The notes below the pieces were generated by a model. It ran no database searches and had not been told where the DNA came from. It was given only the letters and a program-made list of their open reading frames with translations. Positions 35,702 through 48,687 of a stretch of DNA of 64,000 nt are shown one piece after another (the stretch's first letter is position 1; every line of letters begins with the position of its first letter). The DNA lies in assembly GCA_010015805.1 (NCBI GenBank), contig ML978122.1, positions 2,204,453-2,268,452 on the forward strand, given 5' to 3'. Source of the DNA: Rhizodiscina lignyota (lineage: Eukaryota). The position numbers were made by a program, and so were the translations under genes.

Positions 35702-35993
35702 GATGACTTCTGGTTGTTCTGCTTGAGCTTTTGTACTGTAGAGCCTCCCGTTTATTGGTGGTGCTTTTAATTATCGATGTCTTTCGACTGCATGTGGGCT
35801 TCGTGTCAGGTTAGCGTAAAATGGTCTTCTTATTCGGGGATATAAAATCCATGCGAATTGTGACCAGTCCAAATCGTTTCGAGCGATATTCTCCCTTTGA
35901 AAAATTGTGCCTTCCGCAGTGGTTCGCGTCACTGGCGTGTGAGGCCGTCGCGAGTCAGTTCGAACCAACCCCAGCTTGACATGACTCAGTGCA

Positions 35994-36032
35994 ACGCGTC
36001 TTCCATGCACGCGTCACGCCCCTTTCACGCGT
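35994..36032. promoter_or_regulatory. Three ACGCGT (MCB-like) boxes upstream of copy 3, next to TGACTCA at 35982
   Basis: ACGCGT at 35994, 36009 and 36027. Confidence 0.55.
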
Positions 36033-36154
36033 CAGAAGTCCGAAACTGTGTTTCACCATAATTCCCCGAAGACCCGAACCGTTTGATTGATACTGCAATG
36101 ATTGTCTGCATTCAAAAAGTCTAGCCTTTCACAACTTTTCTAAGAGCTAGCGCA

Positions 36155-37406
36155 ATGGTTGATAAGAGGACAAAGAGATCGAAACCCCAGAGAGTATGGA
36201 GAGAAAACAAGGCGAGAAAGAGACAAAAAACGTCGCCCCGTTGTGAAATCATCGATACTGTGGAATCTCGCATTGTGAACATCACGGAATGCTTACGGAA
36301 GGACATTGAAGCTATAAGAACCAAGGTGGCGCAAGAAGAAGGCGGAGACGAAGCGGAGATATTCAGATATGGCGCTGCCGTTCTAAAGGAGATAGAGTGG
36401 ATGGAAACAGAGCACTACCGCATCTGGCGGCGCCGACAAAAAACAACTCCGACAGATCAAGACGACCAGCATAACGAAGGATCAGACGAAGGTGCCGATG
36501 GAGGCCTCGATGACAGCGAAAATGGCCGTGACACGAACTCCAATGAGCCACCTTCAGAGCAAAGATATCAGCCAAATGCTACATGTACAGAAGTATGTGT
36601 CCTTTGCCAGGGCGAAGTCTGGCGACTGAAGTGAACTGACATTTCACAGGTTACTACTATCCCCCCAGAACCTTGCGTACTTCAGGACATAAAGTGTACC
36701 TGCAATGGCACTTGCAACCGGTGCAGCTGCAGCAAATGGGGTAAAGCCTGCAGTTCTTCGTGTGGATGTGTGAAAGACTCTGCTTATGCTGGGTGCAATA
36801 ATCCGTTTCAACAATATCGCGTGCTTTTTCGAGGAACCCGAGGCCGCTTTACAGCTGACTGATTGCTTTGTGCACCACGTACGTGCTGTAGCTGGACGAA
36901 ATAATAAGCGGAAGCACTGGCGGCTGGAAATCACTGAGCAATCGCTCAAATACCTGCTATTTGGGGGAGGAAAGTTCTACGCCTCCCTTGGAGAAGGGGC
37001 AACGCTCCACCCTGTAGGCCAGGCGTCCATACCACCGACACCAAAGGGCGACGCTTTCAAATCTGATGATGAACTAAAGGATTGGAAGAGTAAATGGAAC
37101 GCGATGACGGACGAGGAGAAGCCACAGCACCTGAAGAAGCTCTTCGAGCACGGCCTAACGAATCATCGCGGTAAACTGTTCTACTGCTTTTGTCGAGGCT
37201 CGTGGCAGAATACGGAGCAAATAAGGCACTGTTGGACGTGTGGAGAGTGCATGGAGGCCTGGAGACAATGGCACTGCGGAAAGTGCAAGAAATGCGTTTA
37301 TGGAGTCACTCTTCCATGCGCTCGCTGCGGAGGCGTCAGCAGTACGTATCATCAGTACCACGCCCCGGAGTCGAGCGATTTGGAGACCCCGTTTGTGTCA
37401 ACTTGA
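36155..37406 (+). pseudogene. CXC-like / Cys-His finger family, copy 3 (intron about 36593-36649; one-base frameshift at about 36806-36808)
   Basis: MVDKRTKR...TCTE|VTTIPPE...CTCNGTCNRCSCSKWGKACSSSCGC...CNNPF, then shifted [10 protein letters not shown]...YCFCRGSW...[29 protein letters not shown]. Confidence 0.78.
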
Positions 37407-37938
37407 CACATTGTCCAGAAACCGACACTGTTTACACGCCAAGCATCTTGCTGCTGGAATGTGGAATAATGGATCAAGTCGATAATCTGAAGTCTGGTGG
37501 ACTGTTCAGTCTCATCGACTGTCGCTTAACCGTTTAGAATTATATTCTTCGACCGAGTTTATCGGCTTACCCGTGTGTATAGTAATTGACCATCCTCAGG
37601 TAAAGGCTAAAGGCGTGTTTCCGTTATGACCCGAATCGTCCAGTTGAGCCTCCATAAGATCTGGCCCAGATCTTCAGGGTCACCCTCTCCGTCGCCTGGT
37701 TTCGGGTAGGATCCTGGACGCTTTACACTCGACGCCAGTGCTCACACATTGTCCCTGTCGGAGCTCTCGAGGCCTTAATCATCTTTAGATCATCACATAC
37801 AATCCAAATTAGAAGCGGTTTGGCCTGTAGCAGCCTCTCCGCACTCTTAAATCCGCCAAACAGTGATTAGGAAGCGGTCTCCAAGCAAGTAGATGGCCAT
37901 GACAACGCATGGCAGCCGTATCCCTTGAATCTTTGTAA

Positions 37939-39108
<1,170 letters not shown>

Positions 39109-39894
39109 ACGGCGAGCAGTACACACACACTTGTCGAGATTGGGTGGGGGAGACATGTGGATGTTGAAACGATAAGGGAGATAACAGGGGTAGGAGCGAG
39201 GGTCTGGAGCTCTCAGAGAACTGGGCTGCTTACTTGGGATCTGCCAGGGGATTAAAATTACATATCATGGCTTCTCTTGGACATAGCAAAAGCTTGAAAT
39301 GCAGATGCACTGTCATGTGCTAGAAGGATCAACTGATTCCATATATGCATACTCCTTTGCGGTGCCTGGCCCTGATGTGATGTGATGTGTCGATGCCCTG
39401 GATGGCCAACTCGCGCACATGGGTGGCTCTGCTTGCAGTAGCTCCCGCTCCTCTTCATGCATCAATCGAATACGGGGATTGATGCTCAGATCTTCGACAA
39501 CCTCGGCACCAGCAAGGCTTGGGGTCCATGTGCCCAGCCTGGCATACTGGAATAGTTTAGTTCGAGTTCAAACATGCATGGTAGGGAGCCCCTTCGTCAC
39601 ATTCAAGGATCGCGATCATTTTCGAGCACTACTATCTTACAGATAATCTCAGGTAGATGTATCTGTCTGAGACTGTCACATCAACATAGACACGATCGTC
39701 AAGCTGTGTATCGCGCGAACAGAAGACAGGAAAGCAGTGCTTAACTCCGGACACTCAGCGCACACTCTGAGGTAAGAGAGATCGCACAGGATTCTCGAGC
39801 AGTCCACTTCAACAATGCCAGGATGCATTTGAAAGCAGCGACCAGGAGTGTGGATGGACACAAGGACGCCTACATGCAGATCCACATGACAACA

Positions 39895-42636
39895 CTACTC
39901 AATCTCCTCGTCAACCTTCTCCTCGTCATCAATATCCAACTCCTGTACCCTGCCCTCCAAACTCGCCTGGCTGTGCGGCTGAGCTCGTCGAACTTTACCC
40001 TTGCCCTTCCTCGCAGCGCCTTTCTTCTTCGCCCCTTCGACGGTAAGCGGTGCCTCACGCACCCAGCGCGCAATGGCCTCCGCTCGCTCAGTCGAGATGG
40101 GATATTCCTTCCCTTCATCCTGCGCCCACCGTTTAGGCGTCGAAGAAGGTGCAGGTGGCGCTGGTTTTGGAGGGGGCGGTGGCGTCTGCTCTTTGGCCGG
40201 CTCAACTACTTCTTCTTGTGCGCATTCAGAGGAACAAGCCGTTGTGTCTGTCTCTGTGGTTGGGGTCGTCGAGGTTTCGAGAAGAGATTGTGCCTGCTCA
40301 GCTTCCTCATCTTCCTGTTGGCGCTGACGTCTCGCCTGAACCGCACGCTGGAAGCTGTCTTCGTCGACGACTCGCTCATCTGCTAAGGCCTCCATGATGG
40401 CTTCGTGCTTGAGTCTCTCTTTTCTAAGCTTCTCGAGCTTTTCTGCCCTCTCTTTCTCCTTAGCTTTCTCTTCCTCTTCCTTGGCCTTGTCCACTGCGGG
40501 TTGACGTGACAGTTCTTTTCCACCACTTGTCCCGTTCGCATGACCATTCCGAGAGGAGCCAGGATCGCGCGAAGATTGGGTAGGGAGTGGTGCTGGCCTA
40601 CAAAGAGCCTCCCAGCTTCCTTGGAGCCCAATCCAATTCCCAGCCCTCCTCAACACTTCAACCCAATCAGCACGACTTGGACTTCGTGCAGCGAGGAAGA
40701 TGGGATATCCGTCGCACACCCTCGCTAACCTCGCCGCATTGTGAGCGTGTCGGAGCAATTCCGTAGGACTAGTCTGAAGCAAACTGTGGCAAAGCAGCAT
40801 TGAGTGCAACGCATCCGTCAAGAGAGGATGGTATGTTATCGCCTCATGAGAATCTGCGAGCGCTGCAGCCGTAGAATCTCCGTTAGACGTACTAGTCGTA
40901 TCTCTCAGAGGCGATGGTCGGGCCAGTGCAGTGGAAGTTGGTGCGGGGTACTGAGGTAAGTTTGGCGGCGGCGTTGGCGAGAAAAGCTGCGAGACTTGAT
41001 ACACTGTTGGGGTAGGAAGAGATGGCCATGAACTGTTAGGGTTGACGTTCTCGCCTGAAGGGTGCTTTCTGAAGGGTATGAGCGCATCGGAGTTCCCGCT
41101 CGCCCCATTCACAGGCGAAGGAGTTGAGTCGATCCGCCGCGGTGCTGAGCGCTTCGGTGTTCTGATGCCATTGGCAGCGCTGTTAACACGTCGTATGAAT
41201 TCTTCAGCAATTTCATGCGGTAATCCTGGAGTGTAGTCGAAATGTGACAAGAATGCTGTATAATCCCTAAGCGCTCGCTTCGCATTCGTCTTGACCGTCT
41301 TCCTCGCCTCGAGCCTCTTTTTCTGGGCATCCCTCTCTTTTTGCTCCATCAGCGGCAAGTCTTCTTCTGGAACATCTGAATGCTGTTCTCGGTGCGCGCG
41401 CCTCGCCTCCTCATACTCTTTCAATCCATCCAGTGCAGCATGGACATGTTGGCACGCGATCGTCAAGTAAACTCCAGCTCGATGGAACAATAGTTGAGCC
41501 TCCAGACTAGTTGGTTGGTCTTCTTCTTCAACTTTAACCTCTCCTCTCCACTCTTGTCTTCTTCGTTCAGCATCCTCTCTTGCAGTCCTCGCTAATATCA
41601 ATTGATCCTTTCCCTTACGATGCTGTTGTGCTGCAATTCTTGCAACTGCCAAGCCCTCCGTGAGATCCCTCACTGCGCCGCTCCAATCCTCTTTAAACAA
41701 CCTCGTCAGTGCTCTTGTCCGCCACGCGCTCCCGTCACTCGGGCGTTCGCTTATCATCCTATCCAACGGCTCAAGCGGCGTACACTGAGCCATCATACGG
41801 CTCGGAATCTTCTCGTGGAAGAAATGCACATATCGTGCGTCCCAATCGCTCTTGTCCCTCTGCAGCACCAATTGCGCGACATCTTCCAGAGTACTCGCGC
41901 CTTGCATTGTAGCCACGCTCGCGGCTATCTCGTCCAAGTGGTACGCCTGGCTGAGCTTCTGACTCGCGAGTTCCCTCATCCTGCCTTTTCTCTCGCGGCT
42001 TAGCTTCGCGCCTCCCCCCGTGCCTCCATAGCCCAATCCTAGTGCCGCGGCGCCAGCAGCGCCTAGAAGCCCATTCGAAGAATTGAGGCTGGACGACAAT
42101 GCGGCGGAAGTGAGTCCGCTCTGTGCGCGCACCGCAAGGTCAGTCGCCTCGTCAACGGCGCGGCGAATCTTCACCAGGTCGTAAAAGGTCGCTGGGTCGA
42201 TGGGATGAGGGCGAGGCGAGAGGTAGTTGCTGTGGGCGAGCGACTCTAAGACTTCTGGTGGAAGCTGGAGCCATGGTCCATGGAACGAGGAGATGTATCT
42301 CCAATGTCTGCGAGAACAGTTAATTTTGTTATGACAAAGAATTATTATAAGTTGAGAAGAGAGGACGTTGCAAGTGCCAAACTGGACCGTCCCACAACCC
42401 AGTTTGCTCGTCGCAACGGCGCATAAAGGATTGTGATATACATACTTATTGCGACAAATAATCAGCGCTGATGTCGACGGCTGCGCCTCGGGTTGCGCTT
42501 TCGCGTTCGCCTTGCTGGACGTCGGAGGAGTTTGCGTTTGAGGTACGGACGGGCTTGGTGGTAAGGAGGGCGCAGAGGCGGTACTTGGGGTGCCATTGGC
42601 GGCGTCTGGCGCCGCCGACTTCTTCTTCTTCGCCAT
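39895..42636 (-). CDS. Conserved fungal hypothetical protein with TPR-like helical segments; intron 42308-42445
   Basis: MAKKKK start; spliced ICRNK|HWRYISSFHGPWLQLPPE; YVHFFHEKIPSR, YHPLLTDALH, CDGYPIFLAARSP, YPISTERA. Confidence 0.8.
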   Translation of the reverse strand: MAKKKKSAAPDAANGTPSTASAPSLPPSPSVPQTQTPPTSSKANAKAQPEAQPSTSALIICRNKYVYHNPLCAVATSKLGCGTVQFGTCNVLSSQLIIILCHNKINCSRRHWRYISSFHGPWLQLPPEVLESLAHSNYLSPRPHPIDPATFYDLVKIRRAVDEATDLAVRAQSGLTSAALSSSLNSSNGLLGAAGAAALGLGYGGTGGGAKLSRERKGRMRELASQKLSQAYHLDEIAASVATMQGASTLEDVAQLVLQRDKSDWDARYVHFFHEKIPSRMMAQCTPLEPLDRMISERPSDGSAWRTRALTRLFKEDWSGAVRDLTEGLAVARIAAQQHRKGKDQLILARTAREDAERRRQEWRGEVKVEEEDQPTSLEAQLLFHRAGVYLTIACQHVHAALDGLKEYEEARRAHREQHSDVPEEDLPLMEQKERDAQKKRLEARKTVKTNAKRALRDYTAFLSHFDYTPGLPHEIAEEFIRRVNSAANGIRTPKRSAPRRIDSTPSPVNGASGNSDALIPFRKHPSGENVNPNSSWPSLPTPTVYQVSQLFSPTPPPNLPQYPAPTSTALARPSPLRDTTSTSNGDSTAAALADSHEAITYHPLLTDALHSMLLCHSLLQTSPTELLRHAHNAARLARVCDGYPIFLAARSPSRADWVEVLRRAGNWIGLQGSWEALCRPAPLPTQSSRDPGSSRNGHANGTSGGKELSRQPAVDKAKEEEEKAKEKERAEKLEKLRKERLKHEAIMEALADERVVDEDSFQRAVQARRQRQQEDEEAEQAQSLLETSTTPTTETDTTACSSECAQEEVVEPAKEQTPPPPPKPAPPAPSSTPKRWAQDEGKEYPISTERAEAIARWVREAPLTVEGAKKKGAARKGKGKVRRAQPHSQASLEGRVQELDIDDEEKVDEEIE

Positions 42637-43072
42637 GCTGTTATATCGAAATTCCAGACGCCATACGGTACTGTGGGTGGAATGAAGCGCAGTCCGCGGA
42701 AGTGAGACGTTGGCTTTGAAAATGTTCGCCAAGCTTCAATATCGGCGGGTCACAGATCCACCAGGATGAGTTGAGCCTACCATTTTTCCCCACTAGGCTA
42801 CATAAATCCCCCATGGTCTTACACGAATTTATCCAACAAAGAATGGAAGACTTCTTTGTTATTACAAGCGCTATCGTGAGCGATGAGCGCAAGGCTACCA
42901 AGCTACGTATACAATGACCGCGGGTATTCTAAGAAACCATGTCCCACCCCATGTCCCGCCACAGCTGTGAAACAAACCTACTTAGACATGTGATGAGATG
43001 CTCGAGTCACTTCAATGGTCCTATTTTACCATCCATCTTTCAGAAATTCGTCCCAATCCACGTGGTGCTCCA

Positions 43073-45476
43073 TTACCATGTCTTCCCTTGGTGCTCATAT
43101 GCACTACTATCCAACGCCGGGATACTAAAGCCATATCCATGTGTATGTCCCTGTGCATCATTGGGACTTATCTCCACACGTAATGATACATCTAGTCCGT
43201 ATCTGCCACCCAAGCCAGTCTTCGTCACTCCGCTTGCAGCAGGATGATCAGTTCCTGCCTTCTTTTCTCCATCGTGCAGCGCATGTCTGGGGTTGAATTT
43301 GCTGTCTCCGTTCGGCACTGTCGTAGTATCCGCTCCTTCAGCTCCTTCGCCATTGGTTGGCGGAGCTACCCCGTTGGTCGGGTGCATGATCTCAGACGCT
43401 GAATGCGACTCTGCGATGATGGCGTAGTTGCGGCTCGGCATCGTCGCATGGTTTGCATCATTCGTCTTTTTCTGGATGATGTGATTGCCATTCGTGGTGC
43501 CATTGGTATCCGGCTTGCCATTTCTCATCCCAGGATCGTGGTCAAACATCTCTAGCAGTGTCTCATCAGTGTCATGGTCCAAGTGGTGAACCTTGTTTCT
43601 GCGAGCGAGTAGATTCGCGACTGCAGCCGGCGGAGGCTTGTTCGTAATCGCTGAACTGATGATGTTGGGCATGTATCGCCAGTCTTTCTCTGCCGGAATG
43701 CCAAGCTTCGGTTTGCTGTAAAAGCGCCCAATGGCTGCAAGGTGGACGTCTCCTCCCAGGATCGAAACACGGATGCTGTGCTTTTTGGAGAAATCTTGCA
43801 GGCGCTGCACCAGTTCACGACGTTCGGCTTTATGCTGGCGTGCAGTGTAATGGTCGTCCAGGTCGTCGAGCAAATCGACATTACCGTCGAAACGGTTGAA
43901 GAAGCCTCCAGCCAGGCCGAAACGTTTGTTCAGGAATTTGATTGGGCCTATGATTGGAGAGTTGAGGATATTTTCCAGCCATTGTAAACGTGGATAGGCG
44001 ATCGGCACGCCCAAAAGCAGAATCAGATGCTTCAGATTCCGGTTGGCTTCGAATGCAGACTCAAGGTGCTTGAAAATTAAATCGTAGGTCTCTGGATAGT
44101 TAATCTGATGCCGCGTTCGCTCAGTACGTGCGTCAATCCCAAGAAACGCAATGCGTGCACCAAGTTGACAATAGATTGAACGGCTATGTTCTTCCACATA
44201 AGGCCCAGGCCTTGAGCCGATTATGAATGAAGGGTCTTCACGAGGCTCCACGGCCACAAAGGTGTCTTTTAATTGAGCAGAATCTGCGGGGGTGCTTTGA
44301 TGTCCATGGGAGCTGGTCGTTTGCGATGCATCCGTTGTAAAAGTACTCTTCGGTGGTGCGAGATGATGCTGGAACAGCATGTAGTACCTGGAGAGGAGCA
44401 ATGTCAGCAAGGATTCATCTAGCATTGTCGTCGACCTACTTGAAAGCAACGCCACCAATACCACGGAACACAGCGCAGCGCATGAAATGGTCCGTATAAG
44501 AACCAAATCCATCGATAATGTCATGATCGTCCCAAATATTGATCTGAGGGATCTGCCCATTGGCTGTCCTGAAAGGGTCCGACCCATACCACTCAATGTA
44601 GTTCTTGTAATAGTAGTCGTCGCACTCGGCACGTAAGTACTCTGGGAATGGGTATTCACGTCTCTTCTTTGGATTTCCAATATCCGTCCATGGCTGGAGA
44701 GGTCCATTGACACGGACACCATCGTTGTATATCTGGTCTCCACCTCCGATCATCACGTGGAATGGCTGTTCTTGATGGACGCGCAAGACGTCGTTCCATA
44801 GTGCTGGACCATGCCAGTAGTCGATGTCAGTTCCAACGCTGAAACCATTGCAAGAATGGAAGAGTATGCGCATCGATTGTGTCCTCGAAGGAACGGCGAA
44901 TACGTGTGGTTTGACCTCTTCGCTGTCCTTGGAATACGCAAGCTCCTGAATGTGATATTCCCACTCTGCTTCGAAATCCTGAAACGGGCAATCGATTTCG
45001 AATCGCCAAAACTCCTTCTTGAAATCCGCATACAGCTTGACGCCGGTGAAAGTGCGCTGGCCAGCCGATACTGGTCCCGCTCCTTCACCTCCCACTGCGC
45101 CCACGCAGCGCAGGCTCAATTCGGGGTGTATCTGCCCAGGCGTGGTGACGATCAACACACTTCCATGCCATATTGGTGTCTCTGACAGCTCATCGCTCAT
45201 GCGCTTGTAGTTCAGCAGCGGGCCGCATTGAACTTCCAGCTTCCCAGCTGTTGATACCAGCTTTGGGCCCTGACCAATTCCGGGTACGCCATTGCCTTCT
45301 GTTTCTTGTACTGTTTGTCCAGAACTATCCACCGTCGAGATGGGAGGTTTCTGCTGATGTGGATCGGGGCCGGTAAACTTCGAGGCAGTGTAAGATACTG
45401 CCGCGCCAGTAGCTGTCTGATGGGTGTCGGTGTTGCCCGCTTGTCGAGCACCAGCTTGAACTTGTTCGTCGGACAT
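43073..45476 (-). CDS. PhoD-like metallophosphatase domain protein; intron 44388-44439
   Basis: FHSCNGFS, GGGDQIYND, NIWDDHDIIDGFGSY, DARTER, LGGDVHLAA. Confidence 0.85.
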
Positions 45477-46864
45477 GATGTCTTTCTAGTCCGCCAGATT
45501 CCGCGACTCGATGGCGAGGCTATCAGCGAATTAAAAAGGTACAATTAGGACACGATTGATCTGCAAGTCGCCGAAATGAAGACTTGGCGAGGATCATGTA
45601 AATAAGGAACGGCTGCAGAATGCAAATACACGGCACCCAAGAATATTACAAGATCTGCCAGAAGTGAAGAAACCTGGAGGAAGAAGAGAGAAGTAGAACA
45701 ACAAGAGAGTGACGGCGTGGGATTGGGATGCGCAAGAGAGTGTGGCTGATGGTGGAGATGAAGACCAATTGCATCGCAAACAGGGAAGCCACGACCTGGC
45801 TGTACTGCAGCACGACGTCAAATTACTTGGCGCCGAGCCAATCCGCCAAGATCCCACGGCGCACCCGTTCTCCGAGCAACTCCCGCTCCGCTTCCAGGTT
45901 CTCCTGACTCCCCATTCAGTCAACGCTCCAAGCGAAGGAGACTTCCAGGAATGCCTCCGTCTCAAGATCACAGTCATGATCGAATTGACAAACCCAGCTC
46001 ATACATAGAACGAAGTGTCTTAATCTCAACGAATTCCAGTTACACTAGAACGGCTAGTCACTTCCACGCGCCGTGGCACGGCAATGCGAGTTTGATGGCC
46101 GTTCCACAGCATCTAGGTTTCCTGTTTTCAGTTTATAATGTAGCTTCCGGATAGATCCCCCAGTCTGAAAATCTTTTCACAATACTCCTCGGTTGCCAAA
46201 CATAGGAAATGTCTGATTTAGCGATCGCGCAGATTCGAGACAAGAGCGGGAACTTGCAGCGCACTGTCGTTGTGATACTACCTCACAGCTGAATTTTGAA
46301 AACTACTTCCGTTTTATGCAAGAAAATATCGTTGAGTGGAGACTATGACTGAGCCGTGCGACTTATCAGCTCTATTGTTACTCCCAGGATAACCTTCGCA
46401 GGGATCTTCAGGGTTAAAGGAAGCAGCCTCGAGGGTGACGAAATAGCTAGCTGTAACGCCTAAGGGCGAACGGCTCTTACACTACAATGCAGGCGAGACC
46501 AGCTCTGAAAGCTCAGTTCTACGTACTTTGGAATGTATGTAACAACGGCATCCGTTGAAAATATCGTACAAATTATTATTTGCAGAGGTCATACACCACA
46601 GCTGTTCAGTGTCTTGAAAGTCGGGTCAACTTTTTTTCATCACCCTTGAGGTCGCTTGAGCCTTTCAAATCCAGCCCCTTGTGTTTGATGGACAGCGTGG
46701 GCGGACTTCGCGAGCTTGTGTGCAGATACGATATTTAATATCACAAACCCCAGAATAATAGCTTCTGCTCATGGTCTTTACGCATGATTCCGAGCCTCTT
46801 CATCTCATCTATATCGCGTGCTGTGTCTTCATGCAAGCCTCGGAATCGAATGTCACATCGCTCT

Positions 46865-47765
46865 TTATGGCCAGAGCTCTTCCTCTTCCCAATCTCCCAC
46901 CTCTTTTCTGAACGTCCACCGCCATCTGTGTGCCTTTGTCGGATCTGCAAGGAACAGCTTCTCTACCTCGTCCGGTTTGATGATGCAAACTCTGAAGTGC
47001 TTTCGCGCAATCTCGTCATTCAGGTCCTCGACCTTTCCGCCGAGCTTTAATCGCTTGTCATACGGTGCGTCTTTCCTCTGCCCTGGTGGCGGTGCTCGAA
47101 ATGTCCCTAAGCCATCCCATATCAGTAACGGCCTTCCTTGCTTCCCTCTAATATGTGCTAGTGGCTAACAGACCTCTCATTCCAGGACTCATGTTCCCAA
47201 AGTGTCCGGTAATCTCTTTACCCCATCTCCACTGCTCTTCCTTGCCCTCCATCCCTTTTACTACTCTCATCCGCTCACCAACCTCACTCTTTACCGTCCT
47301 TACTCCGCTATCATTCCCCTCGTCCATGTCCATGCCAACCACAAAAGCCCGTCCCTTGAGTCTCCACTGCACGCCTTCGCCCTTGGCCCACCACACTGCC
47401 TCGACCTCTCCTCCACCTCCACTACCTAGTATCTGCTCAACACTTTCAAGCCCATCTTTCCCCGGAGAGCTCGCGAATAATTGGGAAATTTTCTCCATAC
47501 GGATGTCCGTCGTGAACGTGGGCAAATCGCTCTCGTATACTTTTTCATTCGTTTCTGCGGGATTGTGATCATTTTCCGGCAGCTCAGCCCACATGCCACG
47601 GAATATACAGTATCTAGCACGAGGGAGGTATGGTGTGGGTGCGCTGGCGGCGGGTGCCACAGTTGCTAGGACAAATTCGGGAGAGTCCATCTTGGATAAT
47701 GAATTGAGAAAGGTAGTCCGCCATGGCGCGGGTTTCGAGAGCCCAGATGAAGCTGTGGAGGACAT
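46865..47765 (-). CDS. Pyridoxamine 5'-phosphate oxidase-like FMN-binding protein; 2 exons
   Basis: APWR, PRARYCIFRG, FTTDIRMEK, EAVWW...QWRLKG, MSPGMR|GTFRAPPPG, ARKHFRV, EELWP*. Confidence 0.85.
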
Positions 47766-48687
47766 CTTTGGGGAAGAAATACTATGTGAATTGGGTCGTG
47801 GATTCAAGGATCGTGATCGAGGAGGGAGGTGGTGGAGGAGTGAGGTGAGGCGGCGTAAAGCCGCTCTTTGGGGCGCAATTGTTGCGACGGCAAATGGACC
47901 TTAAGGGATTAAAGTCAGTTAGAGTGGCAGTCTTTAACTCTAAGCTTAGAAGCAGATCTCACTGTTTCCATCTAGACGACGGAGCTTGAGCTTGGCCTGA
48001 TGTAATGACGACAACGATCTTATCTTATCGATCGCAGGTCGTCATCTCGACTCCTCTTACCCCTGACGCTCAAAGCTCCTTCAGAACGTCCGGATTTCGA
48101 TTCAATCTTTAAAATCGAAGCCATATACTCTGTAAGATGCGTAGCAGGAGGGCTCATTCTAGAGAGACTAATGTCATTGCACGGAAAAGTTGATTGGGCT
48201 AATGTTAAGCACTGTTCCAGATGTCTGTCTCATTTCACGCTATGGCTTCACTCGATTTCTTCACTCGATTGCTTCACTTACTCTGTTCTCCCGTGGACGT
48301 TTAGGAGAATGAGATATCTGTAGATTCCCATTTCCTTACGACTATATTAAAACAGGAAGGAGCGTAAAGACCCCTAAGACTTAGAGCTATTCTAAATAGC
48401 CTTCTTCCCTTGGTGCGACGCTGGTAATGGGCCTTGGACACACTCTCACATTGTGAGGGACTTGTTAAGCTTGCGCGAGCGGTTGCCGTTGATATCCGTT
48501 ATCGGTTTTCCACGGCTTCGTTTTAGTTGTTTAGGCAACACTTCTCCGGCAATCTCTTCTTTCCCACAAACTTTGCTCTTCACCTCGATATCCTCAAGCT
48601 CGAGGTCTTCCGCTGCAGCTCATCAACTCCTTCTGATCACGTACAGAATCTTTTGGTCTGTCGCGGTCTTTGCCAGTGACTAGCGTC

